A DNA stretch of 64,000 bases from positions 448,001 through 512,000 of the forward strand of contig CAVYSE010000011.1 in assembly GCA_963771075.1 (NCBI GenBank), in the 5' to 3' direction. Under the pieces are notes generated by a model, which did no database searches, was not told the DNA's origin, and was given only the letters and a program-made list of their open reading frames with translations. The DNA comes from a candidate division FCPU426 bacterium. GTDB lineage: Bacteria; Oederibacteriota; Muellerivitia; Muellerivitales; Muellerivitaceae. Both the position numbers and the translations under genes were made by a program. This document shows, in pieces, positions 7,364 through 16,278 of this stretch (position 1 is its first letter; each line of letters starts with the position of its first letter).

Positions 7364-10081
7364 ATGCGGATCAATCAGCTGGGTTTCAATCGGTTGGCGC
7401 CGGTGCTTTTTTCTTTTATGTTCTTGATGTCCTTCTCCACCCTCAAAGCCCAAACGGCCGCGACCACGCCGGTGGACAGCCAAGGCAATACGCTTTCGGC
7501 TTCCGTGTCGGGGGTCTCGGAACTCCCCGAGGTCACGGTGAAGGCCAAGGGCATCGACCAGGCCCAGTCCTTCGATGAGATGCACGACTCCCTGAACAAG
7601 GTCAACATCCTTTCCCAGGACCAGATCAACCAAACGCCGGCCAAGACCGTCGCCCAGGCGGCCCAGCAATTGCCGGGCGTCGGGGTTCAGCATGACACCA
7701 GCGAACCCCGGTACATCACGATCCGCGGTACGGACCCGACCCTGGACATCGTCACCTTCAACGACACGATCATTCCTTCCTATGACAACTCCACGAGGTC
7801 GGTGGACCTGGACGACATCCCGGTCGGGTTGGTGGGCGAGGAAGAAGTTTTCAAGACCATCCTGCCGGATATGGACGGCCAGGGAGTGGGCGGGCAGATG
7901 AACCTGGTCCCCAAATCGGCCTTCGATTACCCCGATAGTTTCCATGAAATCAAGGCCGAAGCGGGCATTGTGCCGCAAAAGAATGAACCTACCGCCAACG
8001 GCAATTTGACCTGGGGTGAAACCTTTGACCTGGGGGGGCCCTCCAAACTGGGCTTCCTGGTCGCGGCCAATTACCAGTACGAAAGGTTCGGGATCGAAGA
8101 CCTGGAAGAGACCTACACCCCGGCTGGTCAAGGGCAATTGGGTTCCAATTCCATCAATGAATACGACTTTCAAGATTATTTTTATGAGCGCGACCGTGGC
8201 GGGATCGGCGCGAATATCGACCTCAGGGCCGATCGGGACAACAAGTATTACACGAATTTCATGTACAGTGGCTATGACGAATACCGCAGGCCCAAATATA
8301 CCACCGCTTACCAGAACATCGACGCGATCCCCGGGCAGGCCGTCCAGAATGCCGATGGAAGCTATACGGTCGACGTCGGGGCCGCCGGGACGGACGTTGA
8401 AGATAAGGTAAGTTATGAATTGACCCAGTATCGCACGCTGGCCTTGGGGTTAGGCGGCGAAAACAACATTAATGGCTTCGATCTGGATTACAAGGCCAGC
8501 TATGCCTACGCGGACACCAACGAACCCTGGCACCCTGATTATTCCTTCAAGGACAAGAACTCTCATCTCGGTGGAACGATCACTTATAACAACACACAGA
8601 ACAACGGCAATAGCCCGACCTTCGATAACAGCCAATTGACCGGGGAGCTAGATCCGGCCAATTTCGCATTGAAAGGTTTCTCGAATGAAACGCAAGTTTA
8701 CAACGTGAATCAATATGGCTTGAAGGCCGACGGCAAGACCGATATGGACCTGGGGGGTGGGGATAAGGGCACCCTCAAATTTGGCGCGGATGCGAACATG
8801 AGCTATGCGGTTTACAGCGACGTGAATTATTCGCCGACCTTTTTGAACAGTGCGACCATGGCCGATTTTAGTCCTACGAGCCTACCTAACTTTTATCCCG
8901 GCAATATCTATAACATGGGCCCGGTTCCAGGGATCAACTCATTGTTGAACGGGCTCAACATCAACGGAAGCACGGCCTTTGCGGGTCCCATGACCGAAAC
9001 CGATCCCGTGGCGGACCAGGGGAATGACTGGGATTCTTACGAAAACGTTTATGCGGGTTACGGCATGTACACCCTCAAAACAGGTAATCTGTCAGTGATG
9101 GGTGGCGCCCGTATCGAGGCCACCCACATCAAATACGACTGGTACCGGGCCTATGTGGATGAATACGCCGCAAAACCTCAGACCGAATACGGCGCAGCCC
9201 TTCCTGAAACGGGGACCATCGATTACACCAATATCCTGCCGAGCCTCGGATTCAAGTATGCCTTCGATCCCACGATGAATGCCCGGCTTAATTATTCGGA
9301 GACCTTGGCCCGTCCGACCTACAACCAGTACATCCCCTCGCCCACCCTGGGTCAGAATGAGAACGGCGGTTTTTCCTCGGCGGACCCGGTCGTCACCAAT
9401 ACCTACGGCAACCCGAACCTGAAACCGATGGTCTCGGATAATATCGACCTTTCTTTGGAACTTTACCCCGAGAAGGGCGTCATCCTGGCCGTTGACGGCT
9501 TCATTAAGGATATCACCAACTATTTCGCGACTGATTATAACGAGTCCATTTCCTCAGGTGGGGTGACCCAGGTCATTACCTATTCAAATATTCCAAATTC
9601 GTATATCTATGGTGTGGAATTTCAGTACCAACAGCAATATTCCATGCTGCCCGATTTCTTGAGCGGGTTGGGTTACCGGGGTTCCATTTCCTTTATTGGA
9701 TCCCAGGGTGAGACCTCGCCAGGGGTCAATACCGAGCTGCCTAGCCAGTCCGATCTCATCTTTAACACGGGAATCTTTTACAAAAAGTACGGATTTACGA
9801 TCGATGTCGGCGGTTCCTTCACCGGGAAACAGCTTTCCCTGGTCGGGGACGCGGCTCTTCCAGGTTCCTTGGGCGGACCGGTACCGAACGTTTACTACGA
9901 CGACTACTTCCAGATCGACGCGAAGATCCAGTACGCCTTTACCAAGGACTTCACGTTGTATGCCGAAGGGGACAACCTGAATAACGAGCCGCTCCGTTAT
10001 TTCCAAGGGACTTCCAATCTGCCGATCCAGAACGAATATTATGGACCGACCTTTGATGGCGGTATCGACGTCACCTTTTAA
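7364..10081 (+). CDS. TonB-dependent outer-membrane receptor
   Basis: AAGGGAG RBS, signal peptide, TonB box EVTVKA, plug (LPGV..RYITIRG), GNPNLKP, C-terminal F. Confidence 0.95.
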   Translation: MRINQLGFNRLAPVLFSFMFLMSFSTLKAQTAATTPVDSQGNTLSASVSGVSELPEVTVKAKGIDQAQSFDEMHDSLNKVNILSQDQINQTPAKTVAQAAQQLPGVGVQHDTSEPRYITIRGTDPTLDIVTFNDTIIPSYDNSTRSVDLDDIPVGLVGEEEVFKTILPDMDGQGVGGQMNLVPKSAFDYPDSFHEIKAEAGIVPQKNEPTANGNLTWGETFDLGGPSKLGFLVAANYQYERFGIEDLEETYTPAGQGQLGSNSINEYDFQDYFYERDRGGIGANIDLRADRDNKYYTNFMYSGYDEYRRPKYTTAYQNIDAIPGQAVQNADGSYTVDVGAAGTDVEDKVSYELTQYRTLALGLGGENNINGFDLDYKASYAYADTNEPWHPDYSFKDKNSHLGGTITYNNTQNNGNSPTFDNSQLTGELDPANFALKGFSNETQVYNVNQYGLKADGKTDMDLGGGDKGTLKFGADANMSYAVYSDVNYSPTFLNSATMADFSPTSLPNFYPGNIYNMGPVPGINSLLNGLNINGSTAFAGPMTETDPVADQGNDWDSYENVYAGYGMYTLKTGNLSVMGGARIEATHIKYDWYRAYVDEYAAKPQTEYGAALPETGTIDYTNILPSLGFKYAFDPTMNARLNYSETLARPTYNQYIPSPTLGQNENGGFSSADPVVTNTYGNPNLKPMVSDNIDLSLELYPEKGVILAVDGFIKDITNYFATDYNESISSGGVTQVITYSNIPNSYIYGVEFQYQQQYSMLPDFLSGLGYRGSISFIGSQGETSPGVNTELPSQSDLIFNTGIFYKKYGFTIDVGGSFTGKQLSLVGDAALPGSLGGPVPNVYYDDYFQIDAKIQYAFTKDFTLYAEGDNLNNEPLRYFQGTSNLPIQNEYYGPTFDGGIDVTF

Positions 10082-10149
10082 GGGAAGCTGTAGCAAGATT
10101 TAAAGAGGATTCGCTCAAACTCCTCTGTCCAGCCCGGCGTGAGTTTTTA

Positions 10150-10208
10150 GGAACCCAACACGGTTTCGGAGTCAGGGACCGAAACCGTGTGCCGGGTTCG
10201 GGCTTTAT
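10150..10208 (+). terminator. Long hairpin after the TBDR (terminator or RNA-stability element)
   Basis: acacggtttcgg/ccgaaaccgtgt stem within gaaccc/gggttc; weak U-tract. Confidence 0.45.
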
Positions 10209-10252
10209 AAGCGTGGAAAATCAGTAAAGAGGATGGTGTTTCAGTTTGCGAA

Positions 10253-10279
10253 GCGACGAAAGTGTAATCTTTGCGCCAT
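10253..10279 (+). promoter_or_regulatory. Second CusR-like operator upstream of exbB
   Basis: GCGAC-N6-GTAAT-N6-GCCAT, same geometry as 7190-7216. Confidence 0.45.
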
Positions 10280-10414
10280 CTCGGGGATTTTACATACCTG
10301 TCATCCATGCCCGGCGAGCAACCGGGTATTCTTTTATCAGGCACCCGGGTAAAGACGTGACCTTGATTCTGCCTTTTCGAATCACTCAAACCAAAAACTA
10401 TAGGGGAGTTTTCA

Positions 10415-11041
10415 ATGAACTTGATCTTCATGCACATGGCCTTGCTGGGCGACACCTGGGTGATCGGCCTTCTGATCGTAGCCAGCGTGGTCTCCATCGG
10501 GGTCATGTTTGAGCGCTGGCTGGTTTACCGGAAGAACCGGGGCGATGTGGCCACCTTGATGGATAGCCTGGCGGAAAGCCTGGAACAACACGACATCCCA
10601 GGGGCCTTGGCCCTGGCGGAAAACAGCAAGCGGGTGGAAGCCCGGGTGGCCCTGGCGGGCTTGAAGAGCTTTTCCAAGGGCGCGGCGGCGGCGGAAGAGG
10701 TCATGGCTTCCCACTGGCTGAGGGAAAAACTGGAACATGAGAAGTACCTGATCATCCTGGGCACCCTGGGCAACAACGCACCCTTCGTCGGCCTCTTCGG
10801 GACGGTGCTGGGAGTGATCAAGGCCTTCAACGACCTGGGGCTAACGGGCCAAAGCGGGGTCTCGGTGGTCATGGCGGGCATTTCAAGCGCCTTGATCGCC
10901 ACGGCCTTCGGAATCCTGGTGGCCATCCCGGCGGTCGTAGCCAATAACTTCTTTTTGACCCGGCTGGGCGAGATCCAAACCAATACCGACAGCCTGTCGC
11001 GCATCCTGTTGGCCTATCTCAAGCAAGAGAAGGTGAACTAA
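10415..11041 (+). CDS. exbB: MotA/TolQ/ExbB proton channel
   Basis: LGTLGNNAPFVGLFGTVLG..GISSALIATAFGILVAIPA; next to a TBDR. Confidence 0.92.
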   Translation: MNLIFMHMALLGDTWVIGLLIVASVVSIGVMFERWLVYRKNRGDVATLMDSLAESLEQHDIPGALALAENSKRVEARVALAGLKSFSKGAAAAEEVMASHWLREKLEHEKYLIILGTLGNNAPFVGLFGTVLGVIKAFNDLGLTGQSGVSVVMAGISSALIATAFGILVAIPAVVANNFFLTRLGEIQTNTDSLSRILLAYLKQEKVN

Positions 11042-11442
11042 TGCTGCCGGGCGGAAGCGACCGGGGCCTGGTCACCGGCATCAATGTCACCCCCCTGGTG
11101 GATATCACCCTGGTGCTCTTGATCATTTTCATGGTGACGGCAACCTTCATCAGCGAACAGGCCCTGCAGGTTCAACTGCCCAAGGTGGTTAAGGAAGAAA
11201 AGGCCCCCCAACCCGCCCTGGTGGTGACCCTGGGTTCCAAGGGCGAACTTAAATTCAACCAGAAAAACATCGACCTGGGCGGTTTGACCCAACAGATGAC
11301 GGTTGAGACCAGCATCAGCCCAGAGGTGAAGGTGATCCTTAAGGCGGACAAGAGCATCCCCTACGAGCAATTGGCGCAGGTTTTGGACGCGATCAAGCTA
11401 GGTGGGGTCCAGAAGGTGGCCCTGGCCATGGACCGTAAATAG
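11041..11442 (+). CDS. exbD: ExbD/TolR biopolymer transport protein
   Basis: INVTPLVDITLVLLIIFMVT, V.LKADK..Y. Confidence 0.93.
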   Translation: MLPGGSDRGLVTGINVTPLVDITLVLLIIFMVTATFISEQALQVQLPKVVKEEKAPQPALVVTLGSKGELKFNQKNIDLGGLTQQMTVETSISPEVKVILKADKSIPYEQLAQVLDAIKLGGVQKVALAMDRK

Positions 11443-12071
11443 TGAACCTCCCTTATTACGACGCCGAAACGAACCACCTACCCAACGGTTTTCCGGTGAA
11501 CCGCTTCTTCGACGGTTTTCGGATGGACCCTCTTTACGGCGGCATCCTGCTGTCCTTTTTCCTCCACGCGGCCTTCTTCGGGGTGGCCATGGGGCTGATC
11601 GCCTGGGGCGAATCCCACGCTGAGTACAAGACCAATATCGACCTCAGCGCCACCCCCCTCTTGACCCTTCAAACCAAGATGACTCCCCCGCCGCCCCCTG
11701 AGCCCTGGGTTCTGGCGAAAAAGGGCAAGGCGCCTCCCCCACCCCTGGTCAAGCCCACTCCCACCCCCGAGGCGGCGGCCCCTTATGTGGTCGCCAGCCG
11801 CCAGCCTTCCCTGGTGGGCGGATTCATCGACGAGAACGATTATCCCACCGAGATGAGGAAGCAAAAGAAGGAAGGCCGGGTGATCGTGGAGCTTCTCATC
11901 AATATCGAAGGAAAGGTGGACAAGGTGACCATCCTTCAGGGCGCCGACCCCGCCTTCAACCAGGTGGTCTTGGACCGTCTGAAGGACGCGAGGTTTCGAC
12001 CCGCCCTGGACAAGTTGGGCGAGCCCATGAACTGCAGGGTGAGGTTGCCAATCTCCTTCAAGCTGGATTGA
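11442..12071 (+). CDS. tonB: Energy transducer TonB
   Basis: TM with S..H, Pro-rich linker, YP..R....EGRV C-terminal domain; start uncertain. Confidence 0.9.
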   Translation: MNLPYYDAETNHLPNGFPVNRFFDGFRMDPLYGGILLSFFLHAAFFGVAMGLIAWGESHAEYKTNIDLSATPLLTLQTKMTPPPPPEPWVLAKKGKAPPPPLVKPTPTPEAAAPYVVASRQPSLVGGFIDENDYPTEMRKQKKEGRVIVELLINIEGKVDKVTILQGADPAFNQVVLDRLKDARFRPALDKLGEPMNCRVRLPISFKLD

Positions 12072-12169
12072 GGAAGACGGTGGGGCGAATGCCCCTTCTA
12101 GTATTTTCCACCTTTGAAAAAAGGGGGAAGTGGCCGCAACATGGGAATTGAAATAGAGGAAAATTCAAC

Positions 12170-13216
12170 ATGAATAACAAACACAAGTTGATCTTTTTCT
12201 TCTTTTTGATCCTCATGGTTTCCGGTCCTGGGTTCCTTTGGTCCAAGGATTCTATCTTCAAGAAAGACCTGGCGGCTTTCCATAAGAACCCACGGGATGG
12301 GGATTTACGGGAAAAGATCATCCAAGAAGTTCTTTCTATGAAGTCAGCCCCATCCCTGCCTAGCGCCGCGGTCAGCTTGAAGAGCCAGGCGAAAGAGGCT
12401 TCTGAAAAATCCCAATTCAAGGACGCGGCTCAATCCCTGGCCAAAGCGTCTGATTGGGCCCCTTGGGACCCCGCCATCTATTCCGATTTGGCCCAAGCCC
12501 AGGAGAAAGCGGAGTTCTATCCTGAGGCCCTTCAAAGCTTGAACCTCTACCTGCTGGCCGCGCCCAAGGCGGAGGACCGGCAACAGGTTCAGGACCGGAT
12601 CGGGAAATTGAGCGACGAGAATAAAAAGTGGATGGAAGACCAGATCGGGCACCTGGACGTGGATGCCGTGGGCAACTCCCTGGCCGCGCGGCTCGCGGAA
12701 ATGAGGATGGCCGCCAAGATCGAAGTGCCCTTTCTGGTAAAAGCCCTAAAAAACAACGACGGAGATACCCGGGCCAATGCCGCCCAGCTCCTGGGACAGA
12801 TCGGGCCGGACGCAGCCTCGGCCATACCCGCCTTGGCGGAGCGGTTGGATGATCCGGTCACCAATGTCAAAGAAAAAGCGTCGGACGCCCTTTCGAAATT
12901 GGGGCCCGGCGTCGTCCAAGTCTTGCCGGACTTGACGTATTTCTTGAAAAACGACGATGCCTTCATCCGGACCAGTGTCGCGTTTGCCTTGGGAAATATC
13001 GGGCCTGGGGCCGCCAAAGCCGTACCGGCCCTGGCCAAGGCCTTGAAGGACGGGGATTCCAGGGTCCGGGCAAACGCGGCCTATGCCTTAGCCAAGATCG
13101 GCCCGACCGCCAAGGAAGCCTTGCCGGCCCTGGAGGCGATGTCGAACGACAGCGACCCGACAGCCAAAAAAAACGCAGCCGTAGCCGTCAAGCAAATCAA
13201 CTCCATCGCCGAATAG
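12170..13216 (+). CDS. Exported TPR plus HEAT-repeat protein
   Basis: Signal peptide, TPR-like helices, repeated ALG.IGP.A..AVPAL..AL.D HEAT units. Confidence 0.85.
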   Translation: MNNKHKLIFFFFLILMVSGPGFLWSKDSIFKKDLAAFHKNPRDGDLREKIIQEVLSMKSAPSLPSAAVSLKSQAKEASEKSQFKDAAQSLAKASDWAPWDPAIYSDLAQAQEKAEFYPEALQSLNLYLLAAPKAEDRQQVQDRIGKLSDENKKWMEDQIGHLDVDAVGNSLAARLAEMRMAAKIEVPFLVKALKNNDGDTRANAAQLLGQIGPDAASAIPALAERLDDPVTNVKEKASDALSKLGPGVVQVLPDLTYFLKNDDAFIRTSVAFALGNIGPGAAKAVPALAKALKDGDSRVRANAAYALAKIGPTAKEALPALEAMSNDSDPTAKKNAAVAVKQINSIAE

Positions 13217-13306
13217 TCTTTGATGAAATTCATTTGATAGGATGGCTCCTCCCCTTTATATATGGGAGGGATTCTCTTGCCCTTCAAATCAGAAGAAAAG
13301 GTCGCA

Positions 13307-14068
13307 ATGAAAGAAAACACAAACGATAGCCTTTTAAGCAAGGTTCCCGAGGTGACCTTTCTTTTTTGGGTCATCAAAATCGCGGCCACCACCCTGGGCG
13401 AGACCGGCGGGGATATGGTTTCCATGTCCATGAACCTGGGCTACCTGGTGGGCACGGCCATTTTCGCGGTGATTTTCATAGGGGCCGTGATTATCCAGAT
13501 CAAGGCGAAACAGTTTCATCCCTATATTTATTGGTTCACCATCATCGCCACCACGACCGTCGGCACCACCCTGGCCGATTTCTGCGACCGGTCCCTGGGC
13601 ATCGGTTACGCGGGAGGCTCCTCTATCCTCTTTTGCCTGCTCATGGGGTCCCTCTTGGTCTGGCATAAGACCCTGGGCACGGTGGCGGTGGATTCGGTCT
13701 CCGAACCTAAATCGGAGATGTTCTACTGGGTCACCATCATGTTTTCCCAGACCCTAGGAACCGCCTTGGGTGACTGGACGGCCGATTCGGAGGGACTGGG
13801 CTACCTAGGTGGCGCTACCATCTTCATTATTCTTTTAGCCGTGGTGCTCGGGCTATACTTCTGGACCAAAGTATCCCGAACTCTTCTCTTCTGGGCCGGT
13901 TTTATCCTCACCCGGCCCTTGGGCGCGGTCCTGGGAGATTGCCTTGATAAACCGCTGGACCATGGGGGCTTGGCCCTGAGTCGGTACGCCGCCAGCGGCG
14001 CCCTGCTTTTATTCATCCTGGTTTGCTTAGTGTTTTTTCCACACCGGGCGGCCCGGAAAAGCCATTAA
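13307..14068 (+). CDS. COG4705/DUF347 family membrane protein
   Basis: SKVPEVT..FW.IKI.ATTLGETGGD; YW...GT...D repeats; FW..FILTRPLGA..GD. Confidence 0.88.
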   Translation: MKENTNDSLLSKVPEVTFLFWVIKIAATTLGETGGDMVSMSMNLGYLVGTAIFAVIFIGAVIIQIKAKQFHPYIYWFTIIATTTVGTTLADFCDRSLGIGYAGGSSILFCLLMGSLLVWHKTLGTVAVDSVSEPKSEMFYWVTIMFSQTLGTALGDWTADSEGLGYLGGATIFIILLAVVLGLYFWTKVSRTLLFWAGFILTRPLGAVLGDCLDKPLDHGGLALSRYAASGALLLFILVCLVFFPHRAARKSH

Positions 14069-14134
14069 TCACATTATTTAACCGCGAAGACGCGAAGGAC
14101 ACCTTGTCCATTTCTGTGATGGTTGAAGGAAAAT

Positions 14135-14809
14135 ATGAAAATCCTGGTCATAGAAGACGAAATCAAGACCGCCGCTTACCTCGCCAAGGGTTTGGGTGAG
14201 AATGGTTATTCGGTCCACCATTCCTCCAACGGGGAGGAAGGGTACCAGATGGCCGTGGATGGCGGTTACGACCTATTGATCCTGGACATCATGCTCCCGG
14301 GAAAGGATGGCTGGTCCATATTGACGGACCTGCGCAAATCAGGCCAAAAATTACCCATCCTTTGCCTCACTGCCAGGGACGCCCTGGGAGACCGGGTTCT
14401 GGGCCTGGAATCGGGCGCGGATGATTACCTGGTGAAACCCTTCGCCTTTGTGGAACTACTGGCCCGGGTGCGGACCCTCCTGCGGAGGGGACCGGTGCGG
14501 GCCTCGGAAAACCTCAAGATCGCCGATCTGGAAATCGACCCCATCCGCCACAAGACCCAGCGCTCCGGCCGACGGATCGACCTCACCCCCAAGGAATTCT
14601 CCCTCCTCCACCTTTTGGCGACCCATTCGGGCGAAGTCTTGACCCGCACCCTCCTGGCGGAGCAGGTGTGGGACATGAATTTCGACAGCGACACCAACGT
14701 GGTGGACGTGCATGTGCGCCGGCTCCGTTCCAAGATGGACGACCCCTTCAACCTCAAGCTGATCCATACCGTCCGGGGGGTGGGATATGTCCTCGAAAAC
14801 CGGGGATAA
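14135..14809 (+). CDS. Heavy-metal-type OmpR response regulator (CusR/CzcR-like)
   Basis: Receiver domain (EDE, LDIMLP, GADDYLVKPF) and VWDMNFDSDTNVVDV signature. Confidence 0.92.
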   Translation: MKILVIEDEIKTAAYLAKGLGENGYSVHHSSNGEEGYQMAVDGGYDLLILDIMLPGKDGWSILTDLRKSGQKLPILCLTARDALGDRVLGLESGADDYLVKPFAFVELLARVRTLLRRGPVRASENLKIADLEIDPIRHKTQRSGRRIDLTPKEFSLLHLLATHSGEVLTRTLLAEQVWDMNFDSDTNVVDVHVRRLRSKMDDPFNLKLIHTVRGVGYVLENRG

Positions 14810-16217
14810 AAAAGAAAGGCCGGGGTGGCTGGGCTCCCTAGCTGCCCTCATGACCTTCTGGTACGCCCTTTCCGCTTTTGTACTGCTCTTAACAGCCTCC
14901 GGTTTCCTCTATCACGCCCTTTCGGAAGGCCTGGAACATGAGGACGACCACCTGTTGTCCGAAAACCTTGAAAGTTTGACAGCTTATATGAAGAAAAACC
15001 CGAACGACGTGGGTGACCTCATGCAGTTCGTGGGGGAGACCCCCAAGTGGTACCGCACCGTTTCTTTTTGGACCCGAATCATGGATGGAAACCAAATACT
15101 GGCCGAGACTCCCGGTATGTCCCAGTCCCTCCCCCCCAATCTATTCCCGGGCGGTTCATCGAAAAACCCGAATTTGACGGTCCATACCGGTGAGGGAAAA
15201 CCCTTCCGGGTCCTGCTGACCCAAGCCGACTGGCCGGGATATATCCGGCCCCGCCTCCAGGTCCAGATGGCCATGGATATGAGCACCGATGAGGATATCC
15301 TCCGAAAATTCAGCAAAAAGCTCTGGAGGGTCCTGGGTTTTTCCCTCCTGGCCTGCGCCCTGGTGGGCTACTGGATCGCCCAAAGGGGTATCCGTCCGGT
15401 GAAGAAGATGGCGGAAACCGCCGCCCATATCCGTTCCAGCACCCTCTATGAGCGCCTTGAAAGGCGGGGCCTGCCCTCGGAGCTTTCGGACCTGGCCGCC
15501 ACCTTCAACGGGATGCTGGACCGGCTGGAAGATTCCTTCGACCGGCTTTCCCGCTTCAGTTCCGATATTGCGCACGAGTTACGAACTCCCCTGCAAAACC
15601 TGCGGGGCGAGGCGGAAGTGGTCTTGAGCAAGGCGCGCACGGGTGCCGAGTACCAGGATCACCTGGGTTCCGCCTTGGAGGAATATCAGCGGCTTTCCAG
15701 CCTCATTGACAGCCTGTTGTTTCTCGCCCGGGCCGAGAACCCCCAAACCCTGATCAAGCGGGAAGAACTGGATATGAGGAAGGAACTCATCATTCTCCAC
15801 GACTATTACGGCCCCTCGGCGGGGGAATCGAATATTGCCGTTACCGTGGAGGCCCCGGATAGCTTGAAGGCTAGGGTGGACCGGTCCTTGTTCCAGCGGG
15901 CGGTGGGGAACTTGGTGGAGAACGCGTTGGTTCACACCCCACCCGGCGGGTCGTTGCTTTTGAAGGCTACCGCCGGTGAGGGAAAGACCCTGGTGGAGGT
16001 GATCGACACGGGGAAGGGTATCCCCGCGGACCAGGTTTCGAAAGTCTTCGACCGGTTTTACCGGGTGGATCCCTCGCGCTCTCCGTCTTCCGGGGGGTCA
16101 GGACTGGGGCTTTCGATCGTTAAGAGCATCATGGACCTGCATGACGGGACCGTGGAAATACAAACCCAAGAGGGAAAGGGAACCCGGATCATCCTTTCTT
16201 TCCCGGACCTTGCCTGA
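14787..16217 (+). CDS. Heavy-metal-type sensor histidine kinase (CusS/CzcS-like)
   Basis: 2 TMs, HAMP, FSSDIAHELRTP H-box, N, G1, F and G2 boxes. Confidence 0.92.
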   Translation: MSSKTGDKKERPGWLGSLAALMTFWYALSAFVLLLTASGFLYHALSEGLEHEDDHLLSENLESLTAYMKKNPNDVGDLMQFVGETPKWYRTVSFWTRIMDGNQILAETPGMSQSLPPNLFPGGSSKNPNLTVHTGEGKPFRVLLTQADWPGYIRPRLQVQMAMDMSTDEDILRKFSKKLWRVLGFSLLACALVGYWIAQRGIRPVKKMAETAAHIRSSTLYERLERRGLPSELSDLAATFNGMLDRLEDSFDRLSRFSSDIAHELRTPLQNLRGEAEVVLSKARTGAEYQDHLGSALEEYQRLSSLIDSLLFLARAENPQTLIKREELDMRKELIILHDYYGPSAGESNIAVTVEAPDSLKARVDRSLFQRAVGNLVENALVHTPPGGSLLLKATAGEGKTLVEVIDTGKGIPADQVSKVFDRFYRVDPSRSPSSGGSGLGLSIVKSIMDLHDGTVEIQTQEGKGTRIILSFPDLA

Positions 16218-16278
16218 GAGCGGGTTCGGGAATGATAGCTGAAAGATCAGGATTTGAGAGGGATTACAGGAGAAAAAA

